Positions 1-9,479 of a stretch of DNA of 64,000 bases are shown here, piece by piece. Location: IMG/VR virus record IMGVR_UViG_3300009979_000004, positions 1 through 64,000 of that record; one strand, given 5' to 3'. Made by a program: the position numbers and the translations under genes. This DNA is from a virus (Duplodnaviria > Caudoviricetes). How positions within the stretch are numbered: position 1 is the first letter of the stretch; every line of letters starts with the position of its first letter. The notes beneath the pieces were generated by a model. The model ran no database searches and had not been told where the DNA came from. It saw nothing but the letters and a program-made list of their open reading frames with translations.

Positions 1-936
1 GGTAAAAGGCTTCGCCTCTATTCTGCCCTTAGCTTTCATAATAGGCTTGTGTAACTTTGCAAATCCTAAAGCATCAGAGAACACATAATCTCCCTTTACT
101 GTTTCATTACCTTCCAGCTCTACCCCCATCTCCGGAAACTTTACTCCGGAATTCTGGTGAGTGTTTCCTATGATCTCGGATCCGTCTGAAGATATTGGCT
201 TTGCATAGCCCCCTGTTGATGTACCGTAGGATAGAGCACCACCCATGGCATATCCGTTCTTAGCAATTTGTTCCATTATTTCTGGAGGAGCATAGTCATC
301 GTTAGGTGGTGTCCTTCTTTTCTTTTTCATCTTTCCGCCCATCTTAAAATACTCAGACCTGAGATATCCCTGATACAAAGATGGATTAGCTGCCAGTTGA
401 GCAGCTGAGTAATCCTGTTCCATTTTTTTATCTCTCAATGCTTTCTCGTACAGCATTTTTTCCTCTGCTTTCTTTTGCTTCCCGGAGGATATCAGGCCGG
501 CAGTTGCTCCCAGTATTGCTCCGGCAGCCATGCCATACGGTCCTAGTGCAGCTCCAGCGGTAGCTCCTGTTAATGCTCCTTTTCCTATTACTGTTCCTCT
601 TTTCTGTCTTCCATATTCGTTTCCACTATCGGTAGCATCTAAAATTCCAGCAGCAAGAGGTGCTAATCCTCCAACAACACTGGTAGCCATAGAGCCCTTT
701 GCTGCATCAGCGCCGGCACTAGAGGTACTATTGGCTGTCTTAGGAGACTCTGTTATCTTTTGAAAATTAGCAGGCTCAACTTTAGGAACCCTGTTTGGCA
801 TGAGTTGATTGTTATACCTTATCTCGGGTCTACCAAGAAGAGCTTCTTCCGTATCTGTCCACAGCTCTGAGTCTCCACCATAGGCATACTTCAGATATTT
901 CTTCCTGTTGAATGAGCTGCTTAATTTATTCTTCAT
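1..936 (-). CDS. Virion cargo/ejection protein (crAss cargo protein 1-like), partial; runs off the left window edge
   Basis: Not in the ORF track. ATG at 936-934 overlaps the upstream stop and the frame is open to base 1 (MKNKLSSSFNRKKYLKYAYGG...). Has a Gly/Ala hydrophobic hairpin (GALTGATAGAALGPYGMAAGAILGATAGLI), repeated YAYGG/FKMGG/YAMGG motifs and a GNTHQNSGVKFP...ELEGNETV motif. Lies directly after the muzzle gene, as in crAss-like genomes. Confidence 0.8.
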   Translation of the reverse strand, partial: MKNKLSSSFNRKKYLKYAYGGDSELWTDTEEALLGRPEIRYNNQLMPNRVPKVEPANFQKITESPKTANSTSSAGADAAKGSMATSVVGGLAPLAAGILDATDSGNEYGRQKRGTVIGKGALTGATAGAALGPYGMAAGAILGATAGLISSGKQKKAEEKMLYEKALRDKKMEQDYSAAQLAANPSLYQGYLRSEYFKMGGKMKKKRRTPPNDDYAPPEIMEQIAKNGYAMGGALSYGTSTGGYAKPISSDGSEIIGNTHQNSGVKFPEMGVELEGNETVKGDYVFSDALGFAKLHKPIMKAKGRIEAKPFT

Positions 937-1709
937 TATCTGTCAGATTTAAGAGCTTCTACTGTAACATCATGCAGTATAAGCTGTTTATTAATGCTGT
1001 TATCAAACTCAAATCTTACTACAAAATACTTGTCTTCCATAATTGCTTTATCATACCACGGTTTGAAAAGGTCCACTGTCGTATCATCCAGTGCATAATC
1101 ATTGAATATGTCCTTCAGGAACTGAAGCCCTCTTTCTTTAATAATATCTCTGAAGGAATTAAAGGACCACTGACCCTGAGTTTTTCTGTGAGTCTGGTAT
1201 CTTAGATTCAGGAATATGTCCTGCAAAGCAATTCTGCCAGTATGCTGTTGAGAGTTCCATATACTTATATGAGTAAGAGTGTTCCACTCCAGTTCAGTCT
1301 GGGAATTATCTGCACTCTCCTTTATAACTTCTGTAATCCATTGAATGGTTTCCAATATCAAATCACTGTCAGATTTGAAGACTACATCTATAAAGAACGG
1401 TTTTACGTCTTTATCATAATACTTTCCGAATGGTCCTGCATTATGTTTGTAGAAACTCTGATTGTTTATAGACCATAGCTGTTCCCTAGTGTGGAAATAG
1501 AAGTCCGGAATGTAATCATGGAAGAATACCCAACTGTTTCCTTCTATACTATGAGACATAGTAAAAGACTTATCTACCAAGAGTTCATCTGGATAAGAAG
1601 AAAATTCCAGACACTGACCCTTGTGTTTGAATAATAACACGCAGCTACCATCGTCTATAGTGGCTGCCGGGTTATAGTTGACTGCATTTATATTGGTACA
1701 TCCTAGCAT
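936..1709 (-). CDS. C-terminal portion of muzzle/tail stabilization protein, preceded by a GCTNxxAxNYNPxATxDDGSC repeat
   Basis: The SFTMSHS...WVFFHDYIPD...FYKHN...PFFIDVVF segment resembles the C-terminal part of crAss stabilization proteins. In frame with 1728..5207. Confidence 0.6.
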   Translation of the reverse strand: MLGCTNINAVNYNPAATIDDGSCVLLFKHKGQCLEFSSYPDELLVDKSFTMSHSIEGNSWVFFHDYIPDFYFHTREQLWSINNQSFYKHNAGPFGKYYDKDVKPFFIDVVFKSDSDLILETIQWITEVIKESADNSQTELEWNTLTHISIWNSQQHTGRIALQDIFLNLRYQTHRKTQGQWSFNSFRDIIKERGLQFLKDIFNDYALDDTTVDLFKPWYDKAIMEDKYFVVRFEFDNSINKQLILHDVTVEALKSDR

Positions 1710-1727
1710 ATTACAAAAGTATCTAAA

Positions 1728-4700
1728 TTATTGTAACAGTGTTTTAAATATAGCTTCCAGGTAAATACTCTCCGAAGTTTCAGAACAGAGCTTAGTTACA
1801 TGAATACGGTATGTTGTATTAAATGTAAGCATGTTCAGAGCCAGGTTAGTCAGTGCAGTATCTGCCTGTTTGATTTTCACGTATTCATTTTCTACCAACT
1901 GGTATAATTTGTATCTGAAATTACCTACGCCTACCCAGCTTACATCTGCACTATTCTTTGTAATGTTTTCTACTACCAGATCAGATACTGGTAGGCACAC
2001 TGCTTCTGGATCCGGAGGACACTCAAAAGGAGAATCATTGATTCCCTGAAAAACAATAATCTTTCCCTTATACCATACCAGTTCTCCAATATTCAAATTA
2101 TCCCAAAAACTATCCGTATCATCAAATATCTTTATGAGTTGATTTTCTGTTGGCACTTTACCCTTTACTGTCAATAGTATTCTTTTGAATCGTTGATCCC
2201 ATCCTATAGTGATTCCATTTCCTACGAAGGGGTTATTCTGTCCGATGCGAATAAATTCCTGAAAGAAACGATCAACTCCTACATTGAGATTTTTCAACTT
2301 CCCTTTGAACAGGTACATCTCTCCCTGCTTGGCATCTACAAACACATAGCCTGCAGGAGTCCTCACGCAGGCCAACTCATGCTGTGTACCAGCATAACCT
2401 AACTTGGCACTCTGCACTTCCTGTGGTTCAAACTGAAAGATGTCTCCTGAACCCAGTGTTACAGACAATAGACCACTTTCCAGTCTTGCTTTATCCTGAG
2501 TAACAAATAACGCATTCTCGTGATGAATCAATAGCCGGTCATCCATACCTTCCAGATGCTGGATGAATCCCATATTCTTCTGGCATTCATAGTAATCTAG
2601 TGGAAGGAATGTTCTCCATGACCTAAAACGAGTCTGACGACTTAGCTTTCCGCCCCGGTGTATTCTGTAAGGAAAATCTGTCAGATCCTCATTAGCAGGA
2701 TTGAATATAGATGTATTGATTAGATCGTTCAGTGCATTAAGGTCTTTCGAGTAGCCGAACTGGTTAGGATCTTTATTCCTATCCCAGTAAACCGGGTAAC
2801 AGTTTGGCGGATTATTTCCCTGCATGAATGTCTTCGGGTACCACTTGCTGTATTCGTTTCCTGGAATCTCGTATCGCAGATGTATATTCGATACACTCTC
2901 ACATACAAATCGTCTTACTATCTTTTTACCATTGTAACTCGGTCCTACTGTTTCATCATTAGCTGAGTGACGACCATACGTGTGAAACGTGTAATCACAT
3001 ACAAAGATGTCTCCGCCGAAGTAAGGAGAGAGATCCGATAGTAATTTACTATCGCCTGCTGCCACCAGAGTCTGTGAATAGAAATTTACGTAGACATTTT
3101 TCTTTAAACTCATCATATTGATCAGATGAGTTTCTTCAAATGGAACAGCAAATTCCGGAGGTGAGTTATTATAGTTCTTCTTTAACCTGAATACAGACAT
3201 ACCAATGTTTATATTCCAGTTAGGCGAGTTTAGTGTACCGGCAAGACAGGTCTCATGTCTTACATTGACAAAGCGTGATACTGTTATTCCAATATTAGCA
3301 TAGAAGCTCGTCTTTACTTTCTTCAACAATCTTCCTGGCAGAGGAGTCAGTGGAGTAGTGACTCCTGCTCCTGTAGTATAGTCTACCAGATGCACCAATG
3401 GCAGTTCATTGTCCCCATCTGCACCATCTTCAAAGTAACCTTCTCCATTCAACTGATTCTTTCTTAATCTCAGTTGAGAAGATATATAACTTGGTTGAAT
3501 AGCCGGCTTATTGAGCAGTATATCGAATGCATGAAAACGGAATGTATCCAGCCTCAATCTAAGGTCATTATTATCATCGTAATCTCCTTTAGATTTATGA
3601 GCAATCTCTGAGTTCCAGTTTCCACCCGTTGTGTATATATCACAGTTCCCGGTAGGTACAGGGATACTGGGAAGATCTGTAGCTCCGTGAAGAAGGAGTC
3701 CCTGTCCGTATACAGTCATATTGGAGACTGTTCTTTTGGCATACAGTATCTCATATCCTGTAATCTTATCTGCATACTTAGGTGGAATGATTATATTGGT
3801 AGCTTTGATTCCTAATATGTCAAGCTTGGTTCTGCCATAATCTGCTACGTTTGCGTATAGATTTGTCTTACAGAATCTAATAGTAGGCATCTTATGATGG
3901 CGAACAGGAGTAGCTCTTAAATTTTCTCCACCTAACGTTGTACTGTCGAATGCAGGATCGTCAGGATATTTTTCTGTATCATTCAACCATACACCGGTTT
4001 CTCCAGAAAAAGTGCCGGCGCTAAAATTATGAATAGAATCTTCTACTTTAAACTTCTGAGCTACAAATCCACCTATTCCTGCTTCTCCGGATATTACCAG
4101 ATCTCCTGCCAGGGGAGCATATCCTGGAATGGTAAACGCTTTACTAACTCCACCCTGAGTAAGATTATACCGGATGTAGAAAGCATATACTTCCTCGTGC
4201 ATGAATCCTTTAATCTCTCCTGTAATATGATTGTCAGGAGCTCCTACTGCATCCAGTAACTGGCTTACCCATTCCAGCCTTACCAGATTGGCAAAGGGCT
4301 GCATATCACTTACATCAATTTCCTTTTCAAGATCTGCTATATAAAGAGCATCGTTCAGCTGTCCCATTGTTCCTACCTTGCTGTAAATAGCAGGTGGTGT
4401 CAGAATTTCTTCCAGACTAATATCCTGTACAAGATTGTCTCCTGTGTAAACTGCTACTGTATCTCCGGTACTGATTGGAATCGGATCAAGTACCACAGCT
4501 TTAGTAACACCATTAACTCTGGAGATAATTGCAATCACTATAAAATCATAAGAGCTATCTGTATCCGTTAGTGTAATAGTCAATGATTTATCTGTAAGAC
4601 TTAGCTGATCAATCCCAGCTATTGTTTTACCAAGACTTACCGGAGAGAATGGAGTTTCTGTCCCGTCGCTTTTCTGATACTTTGCTGCCACATAATAAGT

Positions 4701-5207
4701 TCCGGGAGCGAGCCTTCCGCCAATGTCTACCGATGTCTTGATTTTAGGAGCTTTATAGAATGGGAATAAATTCCAGTCTTCCAGTTTTTCCACCTGCAGG
4801 TTGTCTGCATTCATGTACTTGGGAAACTGAAATTTGTCTGTAAACGCACATACCATTTCTCCTTTATAATTTCGTTGAGCCTGTCCTGTTATGTACCAGT
4901 CTATTTTAAATCCTAACTTGTAAGAGGCTATCGCATCATCAAATATTGGCTCATAGAGTTCCGTTACCGGATTGAAATATCCTATTGCAGAGTTTACATT
5001 ATCTGTACTGAATACAATGGGCTTACTGTCTGTCTCGATAATTCCATTAAACCTGTAAGGGACCACCGCACTCATTTTCTTAAATCCCAGTTCATTGGTT
5101 ACTGCTCCCTTCAAATCAAATTGCAAACCATTCTTTCCATAGGGATAAGTCCCCTCTGGTTGAGAGACAGGCCGTGTATCTATATCTAATCCTTTGGTTG
5201 GTTGCAT
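1728..5207 (-). CDS. Muzzle / tail stabilization protein (P22 gp10-like) with C-terminal FN3-like domain
   Basis: 1159 aa. KGLDID start, GYAGTQH and TPAGYVFVD motifs, FN3-like end (VENITKNSADVSW...YRIHVTKLC). Synteny after ring proteins. Confidence 0.75.
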   Translation of the reverse strand: MQPTKGLDIDTRPVSQPEGTYPYGKNGLQFDLKGAVTNELGFKKMSAVVPYRFNGIIETDSKPIVFSTDNVNSAIGYFNPVTELYEPIFDDAIASYKLGFKIDWYITGQAQRNYKGEMVCAFTDKFQFPKYMNADNLQVEKLEDWNLFPFYKAPKIKTSVDIGGRLAPGTYYVAAKYQKSDGTETPFSPVSLGKTIAGIDQLSLTDKSLTITLTDTDSSYDFIVIAIISRVNGVTKAVVLDPIPISTGDTVAVYTGDNLVQDISLEEILTPPAIYSKVGTMGQLNDALYIADLEKEIDVSDMQPFANLVRLEWVSQLLDAVGAPDNHITGEIKGFMHEEVYAFYIRYNLTQGGVSKAFTIPGYAPLAGDLVISGEAGIGGFVAQKFKVEDSIHNFSAGTFSGETGVWLNDTEKYPDDPAFDSTTLGGENLRATPVRHHKMPTIRFCKTNLYANVADYGRTKLDILGIKATNIIIPPKYADKITGYEILYAKRTVSNMTVYGQGLLLHGATDLPSIPVPTGNCDIYTTGGNWNSEIAHKSKGDYDDNNDLRLRLDTFRFHAFDILLNKPAIQPSYISSQLRLRKNQLNGEGYFEDGADGDNELPLVHLVDYTTGAGVTTPLTPLPGRLLKKVKTSFYANIGITVSRFVNVRHETCLAGTLNSPNWNINIGMSVFRLKKNYNNSPPEFAVPFEETHLINMMSLKKNVYVNFYSQTLVAAGDSKLLSDLSPYFGGDIFVCDYTFHTYGRHSANDETVGPSYNGKKIVRRFVCESVSNIHLRYEIPGNEYSKWYPKTFMQGNNPPNCYPVYWDRNKDPNQFGYSKDLNALNDLINTSIFNPANEDLTDFPYRIHRGGKLSRQTRFRSWRTFLPLDYYECQKNMGFIQHLEGMDDRLLIHHENALFVTQDKARLESGLLSVTLGSGDIFQFEPQEVQSAKLGYAGTQHELACVRTPAGYVFVDAKQGEMYLFKGKLKNLNVGVDRFFQEFIRIGQNNPFVGNGITIGWDQRFKRILLTVKGKVPTENQLIKIFDDTDSFWDNLNIGELVWYKGKIIVFQGINDSPFECPPDPEAVCLPVSDLVVENITKNSADVSWVGVGNFRYKLYQLVENEYVKIKQADTALTNLALNMLTFNTTYRIHVTKLCSETSESIYLEAIFKTLLQ

Positions 5208-6025
5208 TAATATGTTTTTTCGTAGTAGTCAGTTCTAAAGAAATTCTCCCAATAGTTCTGGGGCGGTATAAACCTCACCAGGCTTGCTATCCTTGAATCC
5301 ATTATGTCTGTTGAAGGATATCTTATCTGTGCCTTAGCTCTTCCTGCATATAGCTCAAACCGCCTCATGAGTTCGTCCTCAGAGAATACCTTGTCTTTGT
5401 AGCCACATCCTACCATCTTAGCTCTTATATAATAGTAGAGAGCTTCTTTGTAGTTCTCATTATCTGGTATAAGAGGAAATCCCTCTTTATCCGTAGGCTG
5501 GGCATAATAGTGAATCCTTGGACATCCATCCTTGAATGAAGTATTGAGGTAATCCATCTCAATTTGATAATAAGCAGTTGGATGTTCTGGTAAACAAAGT
5601 GCGTCCTTCACACAGGTACAACTACAGCCTTCTTTCTTTATGTCACTTTCCCAGATATAATTTCCAGGAATGTCATCGAGGCATTTAGTCTTGATAACAG
5701 AGGTAAACAATTCAGCTGAGGCAGGAATGCTTCCTATTCCAAGATTATGTCCTGTTGCATAATGTTTTACTGTGTTACTCCACTTTAATCTTCTGCCACA
5801 CCATTCCACAGCAAGGATATGAATTGTTCCGCAAGGCAGTCTCCCCTTATGGAATTCTACTTCAATATCTTTATAACGTTCTTCCATCTCCATCTTTGTC
5901 CTCATGTATCCCATGGCTTCAGGGATCCATTCATTCATATCTATGATGTAAGAAGAATCCTGGATACGGGTATTCCGTATAACTCTTCCTATTACCTGCT
6001 GAATAGAAACTGATGTATGTATCAT
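5207..6025 (-). CDS. Tail tubular / ring protein
   Basis: 272 aa. YLNTSFKDG...PLIPDNENYKEALYYYI motif of crAss ring proteins. Immediately upstream of the muzzle gene. Confidence 0.7.
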   Translation of the reverse strand: MIHTSVSIQQVIGRVIRNTRIQDSSYIIDMNEWIPEAMGYMRTKMEMEERYKDIEVEFHKGRLPCGTIHILAVEWCGRRLKWSNTVKHYATGHNLGIGSIPASAELFTSVIKTKCLDDIPGNYIWESDIKKEGCSCTCVKDALCLPEHPTAYYQIEMDYLNTSFKDGCPRIHYYAQPTDKEGFPLIPDNENYKEALYYYIRAKMVGCGYKDKVFSEDELMRRFELYAGRAKAQIRYPSTDIMDSRIASLVRFIPPQNYWENFFRTDYYEKTY

Positions 6026-6618
6026 TCTTCTCTGCTTTTAAGTGGATAATATGGATAGCGGTATCTTAGCAAAGGATTTTTTTCGAGAGCTTTAGAGAAC
6101 TGCTGTTTGAAACATGCTCCTGACTTTGTGTGAGAAGCAGGACAAAACTCATATACGCTCTCGTTAGGAATCTGAGAAAATTTATTCCAGGCAATGCGAC
6201 ACCAGTCGTCACCTGTGTTATAGATTATTTTGGCTCTTACTTCTCGTCCATGCTTCTCACTGTATACCTTTGGCTGCAAGCGGGTCTTTGCATAATTGAT
6301 TGATCTTTTATTATGATTGCGCTGTACTCTTCTGGCACAAATTTTTCCCAGTTTGCTTTTCATGTCTATGCATTCTCCTTCTATAACAGCCTGTTTCGCA
6401 CGATCATAATAGTCTTCTACAATACCTTTGAATTTTTGCCAGCTGAATACCTCTATTACATTGCGCTTTCCGTTTTCATCATAGTATTTTCTATAGATGA
6501 AATAGTTGGGAATCTTGTGTTTGTACACTCCCCAGCATTCCGGATTCTCACTTAATATTGTATTAGAATAAGACTTCCAGATGTCAGCTAGTCTGTATGT
6601 TTTTGGAACTGTCTTCAT
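6022..6618 (-). CDS. crAss-type IHF-like DNA-binding protein
   Basis: Basic 198 aa protein. LGKICARR...INYAKT...IYNT...WCRIAWNK pattern. Conserved position between ring genes. Confidence 0.6.
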   Translation of the reverse strand: MKTVPKTYRLADIWKSYSNTILSENPECWGVYKHKIPNYFIYRKYYDENGKRNVIEVFSWQKFKGIVEDYYDRAKQAVIEGECIDMKSKLGKICARRVQRNHNKRSINYAKTRLQPKVYSEKHGREVRAKIIYNTGDDWCRIAWNKFSQIPNESVYEFCPASHTKSGACFKQQFSKALEKNPLLRYRYPYYPLKSREE

Positions 6619-7313
6619 ATAGTTTTATCACTCTCCTGGGTTACAGGAACGTGTATAGTTTTCTGATCTCCTTTACGATTATAATCTACTTCTAATATTC
6701 CTTGTACCGCAAGCTGCAGGATATCTCCTGTAATCGGATATTCCTGGTTCCAGTAATCACATGCTTCTTCTATGGTTTTACAAGTGAGCTGTAGCGCTTC
6801 TTCAGGATTATCAAATATTCCATCTACTCTTATAATTGGGATATTGGGAACATTGTACACCTTGATATGGTCATTCTCATAAGTATAGTATCCCTGCTTG
6901 GCACCGTACTTGCTGTTTAGATAATAGGATAGCATTCCGTTAGCTACTTCCTTGAATGGATTGTTTCCATCTATAGCGCCTACATAATCAAACAGGATCC
7001 CATTTACCCTGAGGGGTTTTGGAACTTTATCTATTGTTATAGAAACCTTGCACTGACAATAGGGAACTTCGCACTCTACCTCATTGATTTCTTTCATCTT
7101 CATGTAGATGGTCTGCTTAAAGAATTTCCTCTCCTTTTCATCTTTTTCTACAGAATTCTTTATAAGTCTTGATCTCCAGTAATTAACTCTTTCAATCATC
7201 ATAAGCTTGAATGGAGTATCAAGCTGTTTATCAAGATTAGAGGCTATCAGAGTAGTTATTTCATTTGGAGTCATCTGCAAGAGATTTATTAGTAAAGATA
7301 AATAAAAAGCCAA
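6615..7313 (-). CDS. Tail ring protein
   Basis: 232 aa. WRSRLIK...KQTI...VPKP...IRVDGIFDNPEE pattern plus synteny. Confidence 0.6.
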   Translation of the reverse strand: MAFYLSLLINLLQMTPNEITTLIASNLDKQLDTPFKLMMIERVNYWRSRLIKNSVEKDEKERKFFKQTIYMKMKEINEVECEVPYCQCKVSITIDKVPKPLRVNGILFDYVGAIDGNNPFKEVANGMLSYYLNSKYGAKQGYYTYENDHIKVYNVPNIPIIRVDGIFDNPEEALQLTCKTIEEACDYWNQEYPITGDILQLAVQGILEVDYNRKGDQKTIHVPVTQESDKTI

Positions 7314-7333
7314 AGTGGTGATACCTTGGCTTC
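7304..7333 (-). terminator. Probable intrinsic terminator after the 7362..8324 gene
   Basis: AAGCCAA...TTGGCTT inverted repeat followed by a T-run on the minus strand. Confidence 0.55.
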
Positions 7334-7361
7334 AAATGTATATGGATATTTGCAAGTCTGT

Positions 7362-8324
7362 TTATGCAAATACGTCTACTAAGTCTTGTCCTAGACCAGC
7401 TGGAACAGCAGCAAATATATAGTGCTTCATCTGATGGATTCCAATATAAGTAGGAGAGGCTTCCTGTTTCAAACCTGTTAGTACTACTATATCCCATTCA
7501 GTTGTAGCAGCTGCGGTCACCACATCGTATGGAAGACCAAATTCTCCTGGTAATGTACCAGCTTGAGGATAGAAGTGTCCAATACCTCTGCGTACCTGAG
7601 CTTCTGCTTGTAATGCTAATACTTGTTCAAGAGTACCACTACCTTCACTTGCAGGAGTTGTAACAGTGTAAGTAAACGTTACACCTTGTTCATCTGGAGC
7701 TACCTTAGTAGGAGTAACTACTGCTACCAATTTGAAATGTCTACTGGAATCTGTAGAAGTGATGATAATACCAGTTGCCTGATCATTTGCAGTAAAGAAT
7801 TCTCCTTCGTTAGCTGCATTGATACGATCTTGTATCTTAGTCCATGTAGCGGCTTCAGTGGTAATTATCTCTGTATATTCCCACACAGGCAAAGGTTGAT
7901 TGGCAGGAGTAGTCTCGATCACTTTGAAAGTTAATTCCTGTCCTGCTACAAAAGTACCTGCTGATTTCAACAAGCTTGCTACTTGAAAGGAAGGAGCTTT
8001 ATAGGCTACCAACTCTGCATTGATTGTCTTACCAATCATTGGAGTAGTACTCACTATAATAGCTTCTGGGGTTGCAGTAACTGTTTCCACGAAAGCAAGA
8101 AATACCGGCTTGTTTTCAGCAGCAGCAGGTAGAGCTGCTCCTTGAGGAATTCTCACAGGTTGAGCTGCAATTGAGTCTACATAGAACAAGGCGATGTCTA
8201 ATGCAGCACCATTGTCTACGAATTCCTGAAATGTAGTAATAAGAACATCTGCCCACTGTTTACCAGCTGCAAACTCATAAGCTACTCCCTGGGTAGTTTT
8301 ATACCATCTATTTTTTATCGCCAT
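7362..8324 (-). CDS. Putative auxiliary capsid/decoration protein
   Basis: 320 aa, Ala/Thr-rich, with a GSGTLEQV motif. Followed by a terminator (highly expressed gene). Synteny with crAss auxiliary capsid genes. Confidence 0.55.
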   Translation of the reverse strand: MAIKNRWYKTTQGVAYEFAAGKQWADVLITTFQEFVDNGAALDIALFYVDSIAAQPVRIPQGAALPAAAENKPVFLAFVETVTATPEAIIVSTTPMIGKTINAELVAYKAPSFQVASLLKSAGTFVAGQELTFKVIETTPANQPLPVWEYTEIITTEAATWTKIQDRINAANEGEFFTANDQATGIIITSTDSSRHFKLVAVVTPTKVAPDEQGVTFTYTVTTPASEGSGTLEQVLALQAEAQVRRGIGHFYPQAGTLPGEFGLPYDVVTAAATTEWDIVVLTGLKQEASPTYIGIHQMKHYIFAAVPAGLGQDLVDVFA

Positions 8325-8347
8325 GTCATTGGGTTTATATAGTTAAA

Positions 8348-9460
8348 TTATATGATTACACGAAGTTCGTTATCTCTCTCTGTCAATTGTTGTCCCTGGG
8401 TGTTTTCTAATCTTCCTTTTATATATTCTACCGCCATGTCACAGATAGTTTGATGAAACTCAGGAGCAATCTCACAATCACTTCCCAAAAGTAGTGATAG
8501 GATACGAGGTTTTCTCACATACGTGATTTCACATCTATTTACTGTGTAGCTATCATCACGGTATACATACAGGATGTTCTTTGATAATTCAGATACCGGA
8601 GAACGTTTATTAGGACCATAAAATGATGTACTGAGCAACATGTCTACATTCTCAGAGCTCTCCAACCTGTTGTCTATTCGTTGCTCTGTCTTAAGTGTTT
8701 CATGCTGCTTAAGATTCTTTAACTCCTGAACAAGTACTGTATTTATATTTCCATCCATCTTAAGAGAGGCTGTTGGTTGTGCATCCGGAGAGATAAAGAA
8801 ATAATGAGCTGGCTTGTATAGATCTCCATAAGTCTCAAATCCCGAGATCAGTGTACCTTGGGATTGGAAGTAGTTTACTATCCAGGGTACAATGAAAGCT
8901 ATATCTTTCTTTGCGTTGTAGCCTACATATTCATTATAGTAGGGAAGGTCCAAGGGAATTTTTAAAGTAGTTGCATTAGCACTAATCTCTATACTCTCAT
9001 AGAATTTAGGATTTACTTTAGTAGTTTTTACCTGCTTCAGCCATGTGATATAAAACTTTGAAACAACTTCTGAAGCAGTGACTTTGCAGAGTTCTGACAC
9101 ATAAGAAGCATCTGAAACAAGATAAGCGTAGTCAGGAGGAAGATAGCATTTATATCTTCTGGTATTATCTATGTATGCCGGAAGGCTTTTCTGAGAAACA
9201 ATTAGGGACCTGACTGAATCAAGATCCACTTCTTCCATTGTGTATCCTCTTCCTTCTTTCTTTGGTCTCATCTTCAATTGTATAAAACGATCCTGCATCT
9301 TGTTAAGTACCCAGTCAATCTCATCAGAGAAATATTCTCTTGTCCGGTTGGCTGCTACTTTTTGCAAAGACTGGTTTACTTCGATGTGCATTTCATTAAT
9401 TGTCATGTCATCTGTATTTGAAGTAAAGGTAAGAAAAAGGGTGGACGCTGATCCACCCAT
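8348..9460 (-). CDS. Tail ring protein (crAss gene 74-like); probable start at the MTINEMHI Met
   Basis: EIDWVLNKMQDRFI...DLDSVRSL...ITYVRKP...HQTICDMAV motifs. Confidence 0.65.
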   Translation of the reverse strand: MGGSASTLFLTFTSNTDDMTINEMHIEVNQSLQKVAANRTREYFSDEIDWVLNKMQDRFIQLKMRPKKEGRGYTMEEVDLDSVRSLIVSQKSLPAYIDNTRRYKCYLPPDYAYLVSDASYVSELCKVTASEVVSKFYITWLKQVKTTKVNPKFYESIEISANATTLKIPLDLPYYNEYVGYNAKKDIAFIVPWIVNYFQSQGTLISGFETYGDLYKPAHYFFISPDAQPTASLKMDGNINTVLVQELKNLKQHETLKTEQRIDNRLESSENVDMLLSTSFYGPNKRSPVSELSKNILYVYRDDSYTVNRCEITYVRKPRILSLLLGSDCEIAPEFHQTICDMAVEYIKGRLENTQGQQLTERDNELRVII

Positions 9461-9479
9461 CTTTACTATTCTGTGCGAA

